Assembly: GCA_947451935.1 (NCBI GenBank)
Contig: CANGBH010000005.1
Span: 2,685 to 66,684 of the forward strand
Length of the DNA: 64,000 bases
Reading direction: 5' to 3'
Origin: Chitinophagaceae bacterium
GTDB taxonomy: Bacteria; Bacteroidota; Bacteroidia; Chitinophagales; Chitinophagaceae
This document shows, piece by piece, positions 56,515-64,000 of this stretch (positions are counted from its first letter, which is position 1; each line of letters begins with the position of its first letter). Below the pieces are notes generated by a model. It was not told where the DNA came from and did no database searches. It was given only the letters and a program-made list of their open reading frames with translations. Position numbers and translations under genes: made by a program.

Positions 56515-57207
56515 TTAGGCTTTCTTTTGTTTTTTAGGGTTCAATAACAAGACTTCATCAACTAGGCCATACTCTTTAGCTTCAAGGGCAGTCATCCAAA
56601 AATCCCTATCAAAGTCTTTTGCAATTTTTTCTACCGGTTGTCCCGAATGATGGGAAACAACTTCATAGAGTTCATGTTTCAGTTTTTTTACTTGTGCTAC
56701 GGTGATTTCTATATCTGAAACTTGACCACCAGCACCTGCACTTGGTTGGTGCATCATGATGCGAGAATGCTTCAATGCTGTTCTTTTTCCTTCTGTACCT
56801 GCGCTCATCAAAACGGCAGCCATGCTTGCGGCAACCCCAATGCATATAGTAGATACATCAGGAGTAACATACTGCATCGTATCATATACGCCAAGTCCAG
56901 AATGTACTGAGCCGCCAGGGCTGTTGATGTACATTTGAATATCCCTTACCCTATCTGTACTATCTAAAAAAAGTAGTTGTGCTGTGATGATATTGGCTAC
57001 TTCATCAGTAATGGGGTATCCTAGAAAAATAATACGGTCCATCATCAACCTACTGTATACATCCATTACAGCAACATTCATTGGTCGCTCTTCAATAATG
57101 TTTGGCGTTAGGTTGGTTACCATATGTTTCGTATAGCTGTGTAGGGTATTGCTAGAGATACCTTGATCTTTAATCGCGAATTTTTCGAATTCTTTTCCCA
57201 GGTTCAT
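56515..57207 (-). CDS. clpP: ATP-dependent Clp protease proteolytic subunit ClpP (canonical)
   Basis: VYSRLMMDRIIFLG N-terminal segment, INSPGG, GVAASMA / MMHQP / DRDFWM triad contexts. Start taken at ATG 57207, not TTG 57255. Confidence 0.9.
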   Translation of the reverse strand: MNLGKEFEKFAIKDQGISSNTLHSYTKHMVTNLTPNIIEERPMNVAVMDVYSRLMMDRIIFLGYPITDEVANIITAQLLFLDSTDRVRDIQMYINSPGGSVHSGLGVYDTMQYVTPDVSTICIGVAASMAAVLMSAGTEGKRTALKHSRIMMHQPSAGAGGQVSDIEITVAQVKKLKHELYEVVSHHSGQPVEKIAKDFDRDFWMTALEAKEYGLVDEVLLLNPKKQKKA

Positions 57208-57411
57208 AGTGTGAAAGGTTCTTTGAGGTGGAAAGTTAAAAAAAATATCAGCCAAATAGCATGCCTATATCAAAAACAGACAAAATGCCATAGTTTGAAC
57301 GTATAACGTCAGGGTTTAGTACCCAACAGTTCCGTTAGTTGGCTTTTGTTACGAAAAAGATAGTGCTAGTATAATTCAAGTGAATTACTGTGCTATTTCG
57401 TCTAGATTGAA

Positions 57412-58782
57412 TTAATGGTTATGTTTTTCCTGTAGGGCAAGAAAATCAGCTGCACTTATTTTCTTTTCTGTAGGTTTAACCTGTGATGCTGCTACGGTAA
57501 GTACCTTAGAGCTGAATACCCTTTGGTAAGCATTTTCAACTTGCTTCTCATCACCCATCAGGCGTTCTACATAGCTGTCAAGCCATTCATAATTGCCTCC
57601 CATATTCATGGATCCAAAATACCCCATGAGTTGTTGACGAAGACTATCCATGATTTCTTCTCTGCTAACTTGAACAGAGTTTATTGTTGCAATTTCATTG
57701 CTTACAAGAGTCCACCTTAATTGATTCAAGAAGGTTGGAAATTCTTTCTCAATATCTTCCTCTGTTTGCTTGTTCTCGTTGGATTTAAGCAACCATTTTT
57801 TTAAGAATGTTTCTGGAAAATCCATTTTCGTATTTTCTGACAAAATGTGATATACTTCATGCTCAAGTAAATGTTGTGCCTGGTGTTTCCAGTATGCATT
57901 TATTTGATTGCGGATTTCAGCTTTAAACTCTTCTTCAGTTTTTAACTCTTTACCAGGAATGGCTTCTTTGAAAAAAGTTTCATCGAGTGCTCTCTTTTCT
58001 ACAAAACCCAATTTTGTTAAATGGAGTAGAAAATACTGTGCCATATCTTCTGCCTTATCTTTAGCTAAGCCAAGGTCTTCAGCAACCCATTCTCTTTCTT
58101 TGTCTTCAAATGCTGAAGAAAGCTGAATGACTAGCGTATCATCTTTCTTCTTCCCCATCAATTCTTTGCGGGTAGCTTCACTGAAATATTTAAGAAGTAG
58201 AGAATTTTCCTTTGATGTTGCACCTTCTTCAACTACTCCAGCTGCATCACATTTTTCAAAACGCACATTGAGCACGTCTTCTTCTCTAGTAATGGTTTCA
58301 GGCTCAGTCATAGTGCCCAACCTTTGTTGCATCCTGTTGATTTCCTCTTCAATCATCTCATCCGTTACCTCAACAACATTCAATGTAGTGGGAAGTGTTT
58401 CAAAGTTTGGAAGACTAAACTCAGGTTTCAATCCAATTTCAAAAGAGAAAGAATAGTCTTTAGGCTCATTATGATTAAATGTACCCGGATCATTTTCGTC
58501 TTCAGGAAGTGGCTGACCTAGATATGAAATATTTTCAGTTTGAACATATTTCGTTAGTTCATTTTCAATAGAATGAAGCACCTCTTCTGTAAAGACTGCA
58601 GCGCCATGCATACGTTTGATTACACCAATAGGTACCATGCCTTTACGAAAGCCTGGGATATTAGCCGACTTGGCATAATTCTTTAACGCTTTTTCAAAGC
58701 CTGGGGTATAATCTGCAGCGCTTACGGTTATTTTGAGTCTTTCGTGTAGTGGGGCTATCTGTTCTCTTGAAATCTGTGCCAT
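57412..58782 (-). CDS. tig: Trigger factor
   Basis: N-terminal ribosome-binding domain with GFRKGMVP motif, followed by the FKBP-like and C-terminal arm regions. Start set to ATG 58782 because the longer ORF runs through the tRNA-Leu gene. Confidence 0.9.
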   Translation of the reverse strand: MAQISREQIAPLHERLKITVSAADYTPGFEKALKNYAKSANIPGFRKGMVPIGVIKRMHGAAVFTEEVLHSIENELTKYVQTENISYLGQPLPEDENDPGTFNHNEPKDYSFSFEIGLKPEFSLPNFETLPTTLNVVEVTDEMIEEEINRMQQRLGTMTEPETITREEDVLNVRFEKCDAAGVVEEGATSKENSLLLKYFSEATRKELMGKKKDDTLVIQLSSAFEDKEREWVAEDLGLAKDKAEDMAQYFLLHLTKLGFVEKRALDETFFKEAIPGKELKTEEEFKAEIRNQINAYWKHQAQHLLEHEVYHILSENTKMDFPETFLKKWLLKSNENKQTEEDIEKEFPTFLNQLRWTLVSNEIATINSVQVSREEIMDSLRQQLMGYFGSMNMGGNYEWLDSYVERLMGDEKQVENAYQRVFSSKVLTVAASQVKPTEKKISAADFLALQEKHNH

Positions 58783-58811
58783 AGAAGTTTTTGTTAAAGA
58801 AGGAGAGGATG

Positions 58812-58893
58812 TGCGGGTGGAGGGACTCGAACCCCCATACCTTGCGGCACCAGATCCTAAGTCTGGCGTGTCTACCAATTTCACCACACCCGC
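58812..58893 (-). tRNA. tRNA-Leu (anticodon TAG)
   Basis: Hand-folded. Acceptor GCGGGTG/CACCCGC plus discriminator A. Anticodon stem CCAGA/TCTGG with loop CTTAGGA. Long variable arm. T arm GGGGG-TTCGAGT-CCCTC. Confidence 0.9.
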
Positions 58894-58940
58894 GCTAACC
58901 TTATTGCCCATTTAGGCAACCTCTCCTTATAATAGGGGGG

Positions 58941-58948
58941 CAAAGGTA
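58941..58948 (-). promoter_or_regulatory. Candidate -7 box (TACCTTTG) for the tRNA-Leu / tig transcription unit
   Basis: Exact TAnnTTTG match on the minus strand, 47 nt upstream of the tRNA 5' end. Confidence 0.3.
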
Positions 58949-58989
58949 GTAATTAATGATTAAAAAAAGGCATTCAGTTCGAATTTTAG

Positions 58990-58997
58990 TAATTTTG
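58990..58997 (+). promoter_or_regulatory. Candidate -7 box (TAATTTTG) for the relA/spoT homologue
   Basis: Exact TAnnTTTG match ending 6 nt before ATG 59004. This would imply a near-leaderless mRNA. Confidence 0.25.
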
Positions 58998-59003
58998 ATT
59001 TAG

Positions 59004-61247
59004 ATGGATGCAATAGAAAATATTATCCAGCAACCAGCCTATAGCCTGAACGACGAGCAGGAGAAAAAGGAAATAGTTAGGCGCTATAGGGCATTATTGC
59101 GCACATTAAAGCCAAAACTGAAGGCGGGAGATAAAGAATTGGTTCGAGCAGCATTCGAAATTGCTGTAGAAGCCCATAAAACCATGCGCCGAAAAAGTGG
59201 GGAGCCCTATATTTTTCACCCCTTATCAGTTGCTATGATTTGTGTTGAAGAAATTGGACTAGGCGTTCGTTCAACCATTTGCGCCCTATTGCACGATACT
59301 GTTGAGGATACTGATATTACACTCGAAGATATCCAACAAGAATTCGGATCTGAAATCACTAAGATCATCGATGGACTTACTAAGATTTCTACGGTAGTCG
59401 ACAATAATACCACTCAGCAGGCAGAAAATTTCAGGAAAATATTATTGACGCTTACCGATGATCCACGGGTTATCTTAATCAAACTAGCGGATCGCCTTCA
59501 TAATATGCGCACCCTCGATAGTATGAAGCGCGAGAAGCAATTGAAGGTGGCTTCAGAGACGGTGTATGTATACGCCCCATTAGCTCATCGAATGGGTCTA
59601 TATACCGTAAAAACAGAAATGGAAGATCTTTCCATGAAATATTTGGAGCCAGATATCTATCACCAAATTGCACGAAAACTTTCAGATACAAAACGCGAAA
59701 GATCTAGGTATATTAATGAATTTATTAAGCCAGTAAAAGAAAGACTCGATAAGTCTGGTTACGAATACGACATATATGGACGTCCCAAATCAATTCATTC
59801 GATTTGGAATAAGATGAAAAAGAAGAATGTTGAATTTGAGGAGGTCTATGACCTATTTGCCATCCGAATTATTGTTGATACAAGCTCTGAACTTGAAAAG
59901 GAAGCGTGCTGGAAAATATATTCTGTGATCACTGACATGTACAACCCATCACCTGATCGGTTGAGGGATTGGCTCAGTAATCCAAAGTCAAATGGATATG
60001 AAGCGTTGCATATTACAGTAATGGGTCCCCAAGGTAAATGGGTTGAAGTACAAATCCGGTCAAAACGGATGAATGAAATCGCTGAAAAGGGACTTGCTGC
60101 TCATTGGAAATACAAGGAAGGTGGCGCAGATCAGGATCGATTTGACAAATGGTTCTCCCAAATACGTGAAGTATTGGGTAACGATGACATCAGCTCAATA
60201 GATTTCCTTCAAGACTTTACCACGTCATTTCTAGCAGAAGAAATTTATGTCTATACGCCAAAGGGGGATGTAAAAATGTTGCCCGTAGGATCAAGCGCAT
60301 TAGATTTTGCCTTTTCAATCCATAGCGCTATTGGTTCTAAATGCATAGGCGCAAAAGTGAATCATAAGCTAGTCCCAATCAGCTATAAGCTCCGAAGTGG
60401 AGATCAGATTGAAATTATTACATCCAATAAACAGAAACCAAGTGAGGATTGGCTAACGCTAGTCCTTACCGCGAAAGCAAAAAATAAAATCAAAGATTCT
60501 TTAAAAGAAGAAAAACGGAAAGTAGCTGAAGAAGGGAAATATATAGCTGAAAAAAAACTGACTTCTATTGGAGCTTCTTTCTCACAAGCCAACATTGATG
60601 AGCTTGTGGTTTTTTATAAACTTTCATCTTCGCTTGAGTTGTTTTATCGAATAGCTATTAAGTTGATTGATTTAAAGGAATTAAAAGAGTTTTCTGTGGT
60701 GGGCGATAAGCTACACCTCATTAAGGTAGCCAAAGTTGAACAAGAAGTAATAGAATCTGCCAAGCCAAAACAAGACACCAAAAAGGATGCAGAGTTGATC
60801 ATCTTTGGTGAAAAGAGCGATAAAATTGTATATGCGTTGGCTAACTGTTGTACCCCAATACCCGGTGATGATGTATTTGGTTTTGTTTCAACAGGTAAGG
60901 GCCTAATGATACACCGAACAAACTGTCCTAATGCTGCACGTTTGCTTTCAAGTTTTGGCCATCGGGTTGTAAAAACCAAGTGGGCAAAAAATAAAGAAAT
61001 ATCTTTCTTGACTGGATTAAAAATTACAGGTCTAGATGATGTGGGTGTTATACACAAAATAACAAACCTCATTTCTGGAGAACTTAAAATAAATATTAGT
61101 GCGATAACAGTTGAAGCAAAAGAGGGAATATTTGAAGGGAATATCAGACTTTACGTACATGATAAGGATGAATTAGAAGGACTTTTACAAAATTTAAGAG
61201 ATCTTCCAGGCATCCAAAGTGTGAAACGTTATGATTTAGAATCTTAA
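59004..61247 (+). CDS. Bifunctional (p)ppGpp synthetase/hydrolase, RelA/SpoT (Rsh) family
   Basis: HD hydrolase domain (HPLSVA...LLHDTVEDT), synthetase domain (YRPKSIHSIWNKM...GYEALH), then TGS and C-terminal ACT-like domains. Confidence 0.93.
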   Translation: MDAIENIIQQPAYSLNDEQEKKEIVRRYRALLRTLKPKLKAGDKELVRAAFEIAVEAHKTMRRKSGEPYIFHPLSVAMICVEEIGLGVRSTICALLHDTVEDTDITLEDIQQEFGSEITKIIDGLTKISTVVDNNTTQQAENFRKILLTLTDDPRVILIKLADRLHNMRTLDSMKREKQLKVASETVYVYAPLAHRMGLYTVKTEMEDLSMKYLEPDIYHQIARKLSDTKRERSRYINEFIKPVKERLDKSGYEYDIYGRPKSIHSIWNKMKKKNVEFEEVYDLFAIRIIVDTSSELEKEACWKIYSVITDMYNPSPDRLRDWLSNPKSNGYEALHITVMGPQGKWVEVQIRSKRMNEIAEKGLAAHWKYKEGGADQDRFDKWFSQIREVLGNDDISSIDFLQDFTTSFLAEEIYVYTPKGDVKMLPVGSSALDFAFSIHSAIGSKCIGAKVNHKLVPISYKLRSGDQIEIITSNKQKPSEDWLTLVLTAKAKNKIKDSLKEEKRKVAEEGKYIAEKKLTSIGASFSQANIDELVVFYKLSSSLELFYRIAIKLIDLKELKEFSVVGDKLHLIKVAKVEQEVIESAKPKQDTKKDAELIIFGEKSDKIVYALANCCTPIPGDDVFGFVSTGKGLMIHRTNCPNAARLLSSFGHRVVKTKWAKNKEISFLTGLKITGLDDVGVIHKITNLISGELKINISAITVEAKEGIFEGNIRLYVHDKDELEGLLQNLRDLPGIQSVKRYDLES

Positions 61248-61317
61248 TTATTATTTTATTTTTCTGCCTTTAGGTTCATTCTATTATTTTTGCCACTAAA
61301 TACATAAAAAAATTGCT

Positions 61318-62580
61318 ATGGTTGACGTACTATTAGGTTTGCAATGGGGCGATGAAGGAAAAGGTAAGATTGTTGATTTTTTCGCACCTCGGTATGATAT
61401 CATTGCTCGTTTTCAAGGTGGTCCAAATGCAGGACATACGTTATATGTAAATGGAGCAAAAATTGTACTCCATCAAATACCGTCTGGTATCTTTCATGAG
61501 CATACTACCAATTTAATTGGAAATGGTGTTGTATTAGATGCTGTAACACTAAAGAAGGAATACGACAAGGTTGCAGCATTTGGTGTTGACGGCAGAAAAA
61601 ATCTATACATAGCAGAACGAACACATTTAATTCTTCCTACGCATAGAGCACTTGATAAAGCTTCTGAGTTGTCTAAAGGAAATGAAAAAATCGGTTCAAC
61701 GTTAAAAGGAATTGGTCCTGCGTACATGGATAAGACAGGGCGAAATGGTCTTCGCGTTGGTGATTTGTTAGATAAAAATTTTACTACTCAATACATAAAA
61801 CTTCGTTTGAAGCATCAGCGAATTTTAGATTCTTTTGGATTTAATGAAGATATTACTGAATGGGAAGAGGAGTTTTTTGAGGCTATCGAATTCATGCGTA
61901 CGTTAAAAATAGTAAACGGAGAATATTTCGTAAACGACAAAATTAGAGAAGGTAAAAAAGTGCTTGCTGAAGGCGCTCAAGGAAGTATGCTTGATGTTGA
62001 TTTCGGAACCTTCCCATTTGTTACTTCTTCTAGCACCATTTCAGCAGGTGTTTGCACTGGATTAGGGATAGCACCTCAAAAAATAAAAGATGTAATTGGT
62101 GTAACAAAGGCGTATTGTACAAGAGTGGGTAGCGGACCATTCCCTACTGAGCTTCATGATGAAACTGGAGAAAGATTGAGGAAGATTGGAAATGAATTTG
62201 GCGCAACAACCGGAAGGCCTCGCAGATGCGGTTGGATTGATTTAGTTGCATTGAATTTCGCATGCATGGTAAATGGTGTTACGCAGCTTGTTATGACAAA
62301 AGCGGACGTCCTAGATGCCTTTGAAGAGCTTTCGGCGTGTACATCCTATGGCATCGCAGGAAAGCAGGAAAAAGTGGTCCCTTATCAAATGAGTAAACTG
62401 CCAATCACTCCGCACTATGTTCAATACAAAGGATGGCAGAAAGATATTACAGCCATAAAAGAAAGTGCTGACCTTCCTGAAGAAATGAAAACGTATATCA
62501 GTTTCATAAATGAATACCTTGGCGTTCCAGTTACCTATATTTCCAATGGACCGGAGCGTGATCAGATTATAAAAGCATAG
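61318..62580 (+). CDS. purA: Adenylosuccinate synthase
   Basis: GLQWGDEGKGK P-loop, GGPNAGHT, and GTTGRGIGP-like TLKGIGPAY and ATTGRPRRCGW motifs. Confidence 0.96.
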   Translation: MVDVLLGLQWGDEGKGKIVDFFAPRYDIIARFQGGPNAGHTLYVNGAKIVLHQIPSGIFHEHTTNLIGNGVVLDAVTLKKEYDKVAAFGVDGRKNLYIAERTHLILPTHRALDKASELSKGNEKIGSTLKGIGPAYMDKTGRNGLRVGDLLDKNFTTQYIKLRLKHQRILDSFGFNEDITEWEEEFFEAIEFMRTLKIVNGEYFVNDKIREGKKVLAEGAQGSMLDVDFGTFPFVTSSSTISAGVCTGLGIAPQKIKDVIGVTKAYCTRVGSGPFPTELHDETGERLRKIGNEFGATTGRPRRCGWIDLVALNFACMVNGVTQLVMTKADVLDAFEELSACTSYGIAGKQEKVVPYQMSKLPITPHYVQYKGWQKDITAIKESADLPEEMKTYISFINEYLGVPVTYISNGPERDQIIKA

Positions 62581-62669
62581 GCGATAGTTCCTTTTAGAAA
62601 AATAGTGCCCAAAATATTTGGAGATATTAAAAAGTCTGAGAAATTTTACGTTACAAATCTTTTGTTGAT

Positions 62670-63056
62670 ATGGCAAAGTCCGAAAAAGAAAAAAAAGCAG
62701 TGAAAAAGCCTTCTGTTGATGAGGCACCCGCAAAGCCTAAAAAGCCAACATCCAAATCTAAAGATAGTGATGAGGATGATGATGATTTAGATGATGAAAA
62801 GCCAACAAAAAAATCTGCTGCATCAAAAGACGATGACGACGATGATGTGGATGTAGATGATGATTGGGAAAAGCCAGAAGAAGATGATGATGCATGGGAT
62901 CCAGACTTTCAAGAGTTTGATGTTCCTAAATCAAAAACGAAAAAGGCAGGTGGTAAAAAATCGGCAGACGAGGATGATTTTTCAGTGGATGAAGAATTTA
63001 AAGACCTAGATTATTTTGATGATGACGCAGGCTTTGAAGAAGAAGATGATTTTTGA
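62670..63056 (+). CDS. Highly acidic low-complexity protein (128 aa), function unknown
   Basis: ATG ORF with strong codon periodicity (GAT/GAC/GAA/AAA). Lys-rich N-terminus, then poly-Asp blocks with interspersed Trp/Phe. By my hand count, 36 Asp + 15 Glu + 23 Lys. Confidence 0.55.
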   Translation: MAKSEKEKKAVKKPSVDEAPAKPKKPTSKSKDSDEDDDDLDDEKPTKKSAASKDDDDDDVDVDDDWEKPEEDDDAWDPDFQEFDVPKSKTKKAGGKKSADEDDFSVDEEFKDLDYFDDDAGFEEEDDF

Positions 63057-64000
63057 TTTTTCTTACTGATTGTTTTTTTTACAATAACCTTGTTTTTTTC
63101 TACTGGTTGAGGGATTGATGTCTCAGGAAATTCAGTGCCATAAACAGAATTTTCTTTCATTAGGATCATCACTGATTCTCGAAGGATTTGATTTTGGTTG
63201 CCTAAAAATAGTTTTATTTTATCTTTTGGAATCCGCATAATAAATGGAGTTGATGCTACTTGTTTGTCAAAATCGGCATTCCATCGTTGAAATTGGACAA
63301 TATCTATCTCAAGGTTTTTGCAGATGACCATTGCAGCGTATTTACCGTAAACCGTTGTAGTATCAGATGACAAGAGCTCTTCACTTGTCAATTGATTAGT
63401 AAGTACAGTTGGATTAGTTTTTTTTCCAGTTGTTTCACTTCCATCTTTTTCAAATATATAGTGAGTCGCTATAAATTTTTTAACATGAGTACGAGATTCT
63501 GCGGGTAATTCATTTTGAATTTTCCAAAAATCATGCGATCCCCTTTTTTGGATGATTTGTTCAATTCTTGCTGGACCGCCATTATAAGCTGCGATTACTA
63601 ACAACCAATCCCCTAAATTTTCATGGAGCTGACTCAAAAATTTAGCAGCTGCATGAGTGCTTTTATTTAAGTCCATTCTATCGTCTCTAGATTGGGTAAC
63701 GGTTAATCCCAATTCTCTTGCTGTTCCCGGCATTAATTGCCAAGGACCTACAGCCCCTGCAGAAGAAAGTGCATTGGATTGTAAGTCAGATTCAATTACG
63801 GCAAGGTATTTTAGTGTACCTGGGAGCCTATATTTTTTAAGTATATTTTCAATCAATATAAAGTACGGCATACCCCAACTTTTCATTTTTTCAAGTCTTC
63901 CTTCATGTATTTCTAGATAGTCTTTTACAAACCCAATAGCTCTTGGGTCAAGATTGTCCCAATTTATACTATGATACGTTGTGGAATCAGTTTTGTTTGT
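63011..64000 (-). CDS. Lytic transglycosylase (SLT domain, MltD-like), 5'-truncated by the window edge
   Basis: SLT catalytic region LAVIESDLQSNALSSAGAVGPWQLMPGTA. The reading frame stays open from 63886 to position 64000 (...NWDNLDPRAIGFVKDYLEIHEGRLEKMKSW...), so the gene starts outside the window. Confidence 0.8.
   Translation of the reverse strand, partial: TNKTDSTTYHSINWDNLDPRAIGFVKDYLEIHEGRLEKMKSWGMPYFILIENILKKYRLPGTLKYLAVIESDLQSNALSSAGAVGPWQLMPGTARELGLTVTQSRDDRMDLNKSTHAAAKFLSQLHENLGDWLLVIAAYNGGPARIEQIIQKRGSHDFWKIQNELPAESRTHVKKFIATHYIFEKDGSETTGKKTNPTVLTNQLTSEELLSSDTTTVYGKYAAMVICKNLEIDIVQFQRWNADFDKQVASTPFIMRIPKDKIKLFLGNQNQILRESVMILMKENSVYGTEFPETSIPQPVEKNKVIVKKTISKKNQKSSSSSKPASSSK

Noticed and set aside
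57412-58911. The track ORF for trigger factor extends 43 codons upstream (MGNKVSAGVVKLVDTPDLGSG...).
   Set aside because: That extension is the reverse-strand translation of the tRNA-Leu gene (58812-58893). The conserved trigger-factor N-terminus begins at Met 58782 (MAQISREQ...), so the extension is an ORF-calling artefact.
62760-63050. GAT/GAC/GAA-rich trinucleotide periodicity that superficially resembles a microsatellite or repeat array.
   Set aside because: The units are not exact tandem copies. The periodicity is codon-level (poly-Asp/Glu) inside an intact ORF, so it is treated as low-complexity coding sequence and discussed as a finding.
1-64000. Looked for CRISPR arrays, IS elements or transposases, integrases, phage genes, toxin-antitoxin pairs, rRNA, tmRNA, RNase P or SRP RNA signatures, and riboswitch-like leaders (for example upstream of the Nramp, kup, purA and glyA genes).
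   Set aside because: No regularly spaced repeats, no recombinase or transposase motifs in any frame, and no conserved ncRNA core motifs recognisable by eye. A covariance-model scan (Infernal/Rfam) would be needed to exclude small RNAs in the gaps 32388-32654, 41976-42220, 52037-52296 and 57208-57411.

Overview
Gene-dense, low-GC chromosomal segment, with about 90% of the window coding on both strands. It reads as core genome of a Bacteroidota bacterium. Supporting marks: an LpxC-FabZ fusion inside an lpxD-lpxC/fabZ-lpxA operon; the gldJ / porU-porV type IX secretion (T9SS) locus next to murF; a PorP/SprF protein; TAnnTTTG-type -7 boxes; almost no Shine-Dalgarno sequences; and several TTG/GTG starts. 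I call 57 protein-coding genes (one is a 58-aa ORF below the track cutoff; one is cut by the window edge), 2 tRNAs (Ser-GGA, Leu-TAG), nine intrinsic-terminator hairpins and a few candidate promoter boxes. I found no rRNA, CRISPR array, transposase, integrase, phage gene or recognisable defence or toxin-antitoxin module. All protein calls rest on motif and family recognition by eye; no search was run. Nothing here is convincingly a complete undescribed system, and most of the window is ordinary housekeeping synteny. The observations most worth follow-up are: (1) an accessory-looking trio of a flavin monooxygenase translationally coupled to an alpha/beta hydrolase, with a convergently overlapping acetoacetate-decarboxylase-family gene; (2) a 128-aa protein that is about 40% Asp/Glu and ends in an acidic tail with a terminal Phe; (3) a tightly linked pair of uncharacterised genes, one secreted all-beta protein and one polytopic membrane protein; (4) a DsbD whose fused N-terminal domain has lost its cysteines while a stand-alone Cys-bearing alpha domain sits just upstream; (5) tandem clpP paralogues, one with a non-canonical N-terminus.
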